NCBI GenBank assembly: GCA_002633005.1
Contig: NMRA01000052.1
Span: 548,722 to 612,721, forward strand
Length of the DNA stretch: 64,000 nucleotides
Direction of reading: 5' to 3'
DNA from: Phoronis australis
Taxonomy: Eukaryota; Animalia; Phoronida
Numbering within the stretch: position 1 is the stretch's first letter; every line of letters begins with the position of its first letter. A model generated the notes under the pieces. The model was not told the origin of the DNA and ran no database searches. It was given only the letters and a program-made list of their open reading frames with translations. A program made the position numbers and the translations under genes. Positions 62,861 to 64,000 of the stretch are shown here, one piece after another.

Positions 62861-64000
62861 TTGTTCTAGTACTCAGGACAGGCACGTAAGGAATTAGTCA
62901 TCGGCTAGTGGTGATTTGGGTGCTCACAGTATGTGCTGAGAAACTTCACGTTGTCTGAATAATTGTTCATACATAATAAATTATAAGAAAAATGTTTTTT
63001 GAAAATGGATACTCTTCAGTAAAACAAGGCCACGAGCAAGGTACCTAGATCGGGACAGAGTTTTTTCTCGAAATTTATTAAAAAATTAACTAATGTCGGA
63101 GAGTTTTAAATGTTTGATAGTTCGAAAACTCCTAGGGGCCCATTTTGTTAAAGGTCATACACTTGGTCTATTAGGACAGTTGGAGTCATGTGACTGCATA
63201 CGAAATACAAATAGAACAATGATGAAGGTATTAATTCATCGTGGTGCTGTAGATCTCTATTAACCACCATCTTCATAAACCACTAAAACAAACCGTATGC
63301 AAATATAATTTTAAGATGTGACAGTTTTTAATTCTAGTCGTGTAACCTTTAATAAAGATGGCACTGGCTCCTCCATTTTGTGAGACGGCAGTTGACCACT
63401 GATAAACAAGGCCAGCAGGACTTAATATTTGCATTGTCCACACAAGTGAGAATTCGTTATAGAGTGTTCTTGAAGAAGTTTGTTAGATGCCTGATCAACC
63501 TTGGCTTATTTTGTTGGAATATTTACCACCAGTAGCAATCAATCTTTTTCTAGAGTTTGGACACTTGGAAGTCACATACTTTCCCAAAATCTTGTTTTTT
63601 GATTTTGGTGCAAATTAAAATATTTAGTCGTGAACATGTAATTTAATGCTGTATAAAGTTATTTCCCTTGTCTGAATTGCTAAAACATGATGTATTGTAA
63701 AAACATGACAGATTGTGTATAGCAGTATTTGTATTTTTCAAAGACATTGGGTTTTTAACAATATTCGTCACTTGCATTTTCTCTGTTTAGCTGGCTGAAA
63801 AACAAAAATTCAATTCGGCCTTGAGCTTTCATAAAATGGATCTCCTAATATTCCTTCCTGTGATATGATTCTGTGTCCGTTCGCTGCAAGAATACCGAAG
63901 TTATAAGCCTGTGACTCGGGTTGGTAACGTAAATGGAATCCAATCACAAGAAGGAATATTATGAGACTGATCCAGAAAGAGTAAAAGGCCTAATTTGACC

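Overview
AT-rich, intron-containing metazoan (probably invertebrate) genomic DNA with six spliced protein-coding genes reconstructed by hand from GT-AG junctions. In order: 5' end of an SNX25-like PXA sorting nexin (-), ANKRD10/37-family ankyrin gene (+), RAD6/UBE2A-B E2 (+), UFSP2 (-), WDR53-like (-) and RRAGA/B (+). There are two head-to-head gene pairs, several MITEs/non-autonomous DNA transposons and tRNA-derived SINE fragments. The most striking feature is the ANKRD10-like locus. It has duplicated, sterically exclusive ankyrin exons 2a/2b and up to three phase-compatible alternative terminal exons. Its large introns contain many long stem-loops whose mismatches are mostly G-U wobbles on the sense strand, suggesting an RNA-structure-based isoform switch. 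Also notable are a duplicated alternative last exon in RAD6, tandem repeats that multiply splice sites in UFSP2 and RRAG, and apparent ancient SNX25-ANKRD10/37-UFSP2 microsynteny. All models are by eye, without database or transcript support.
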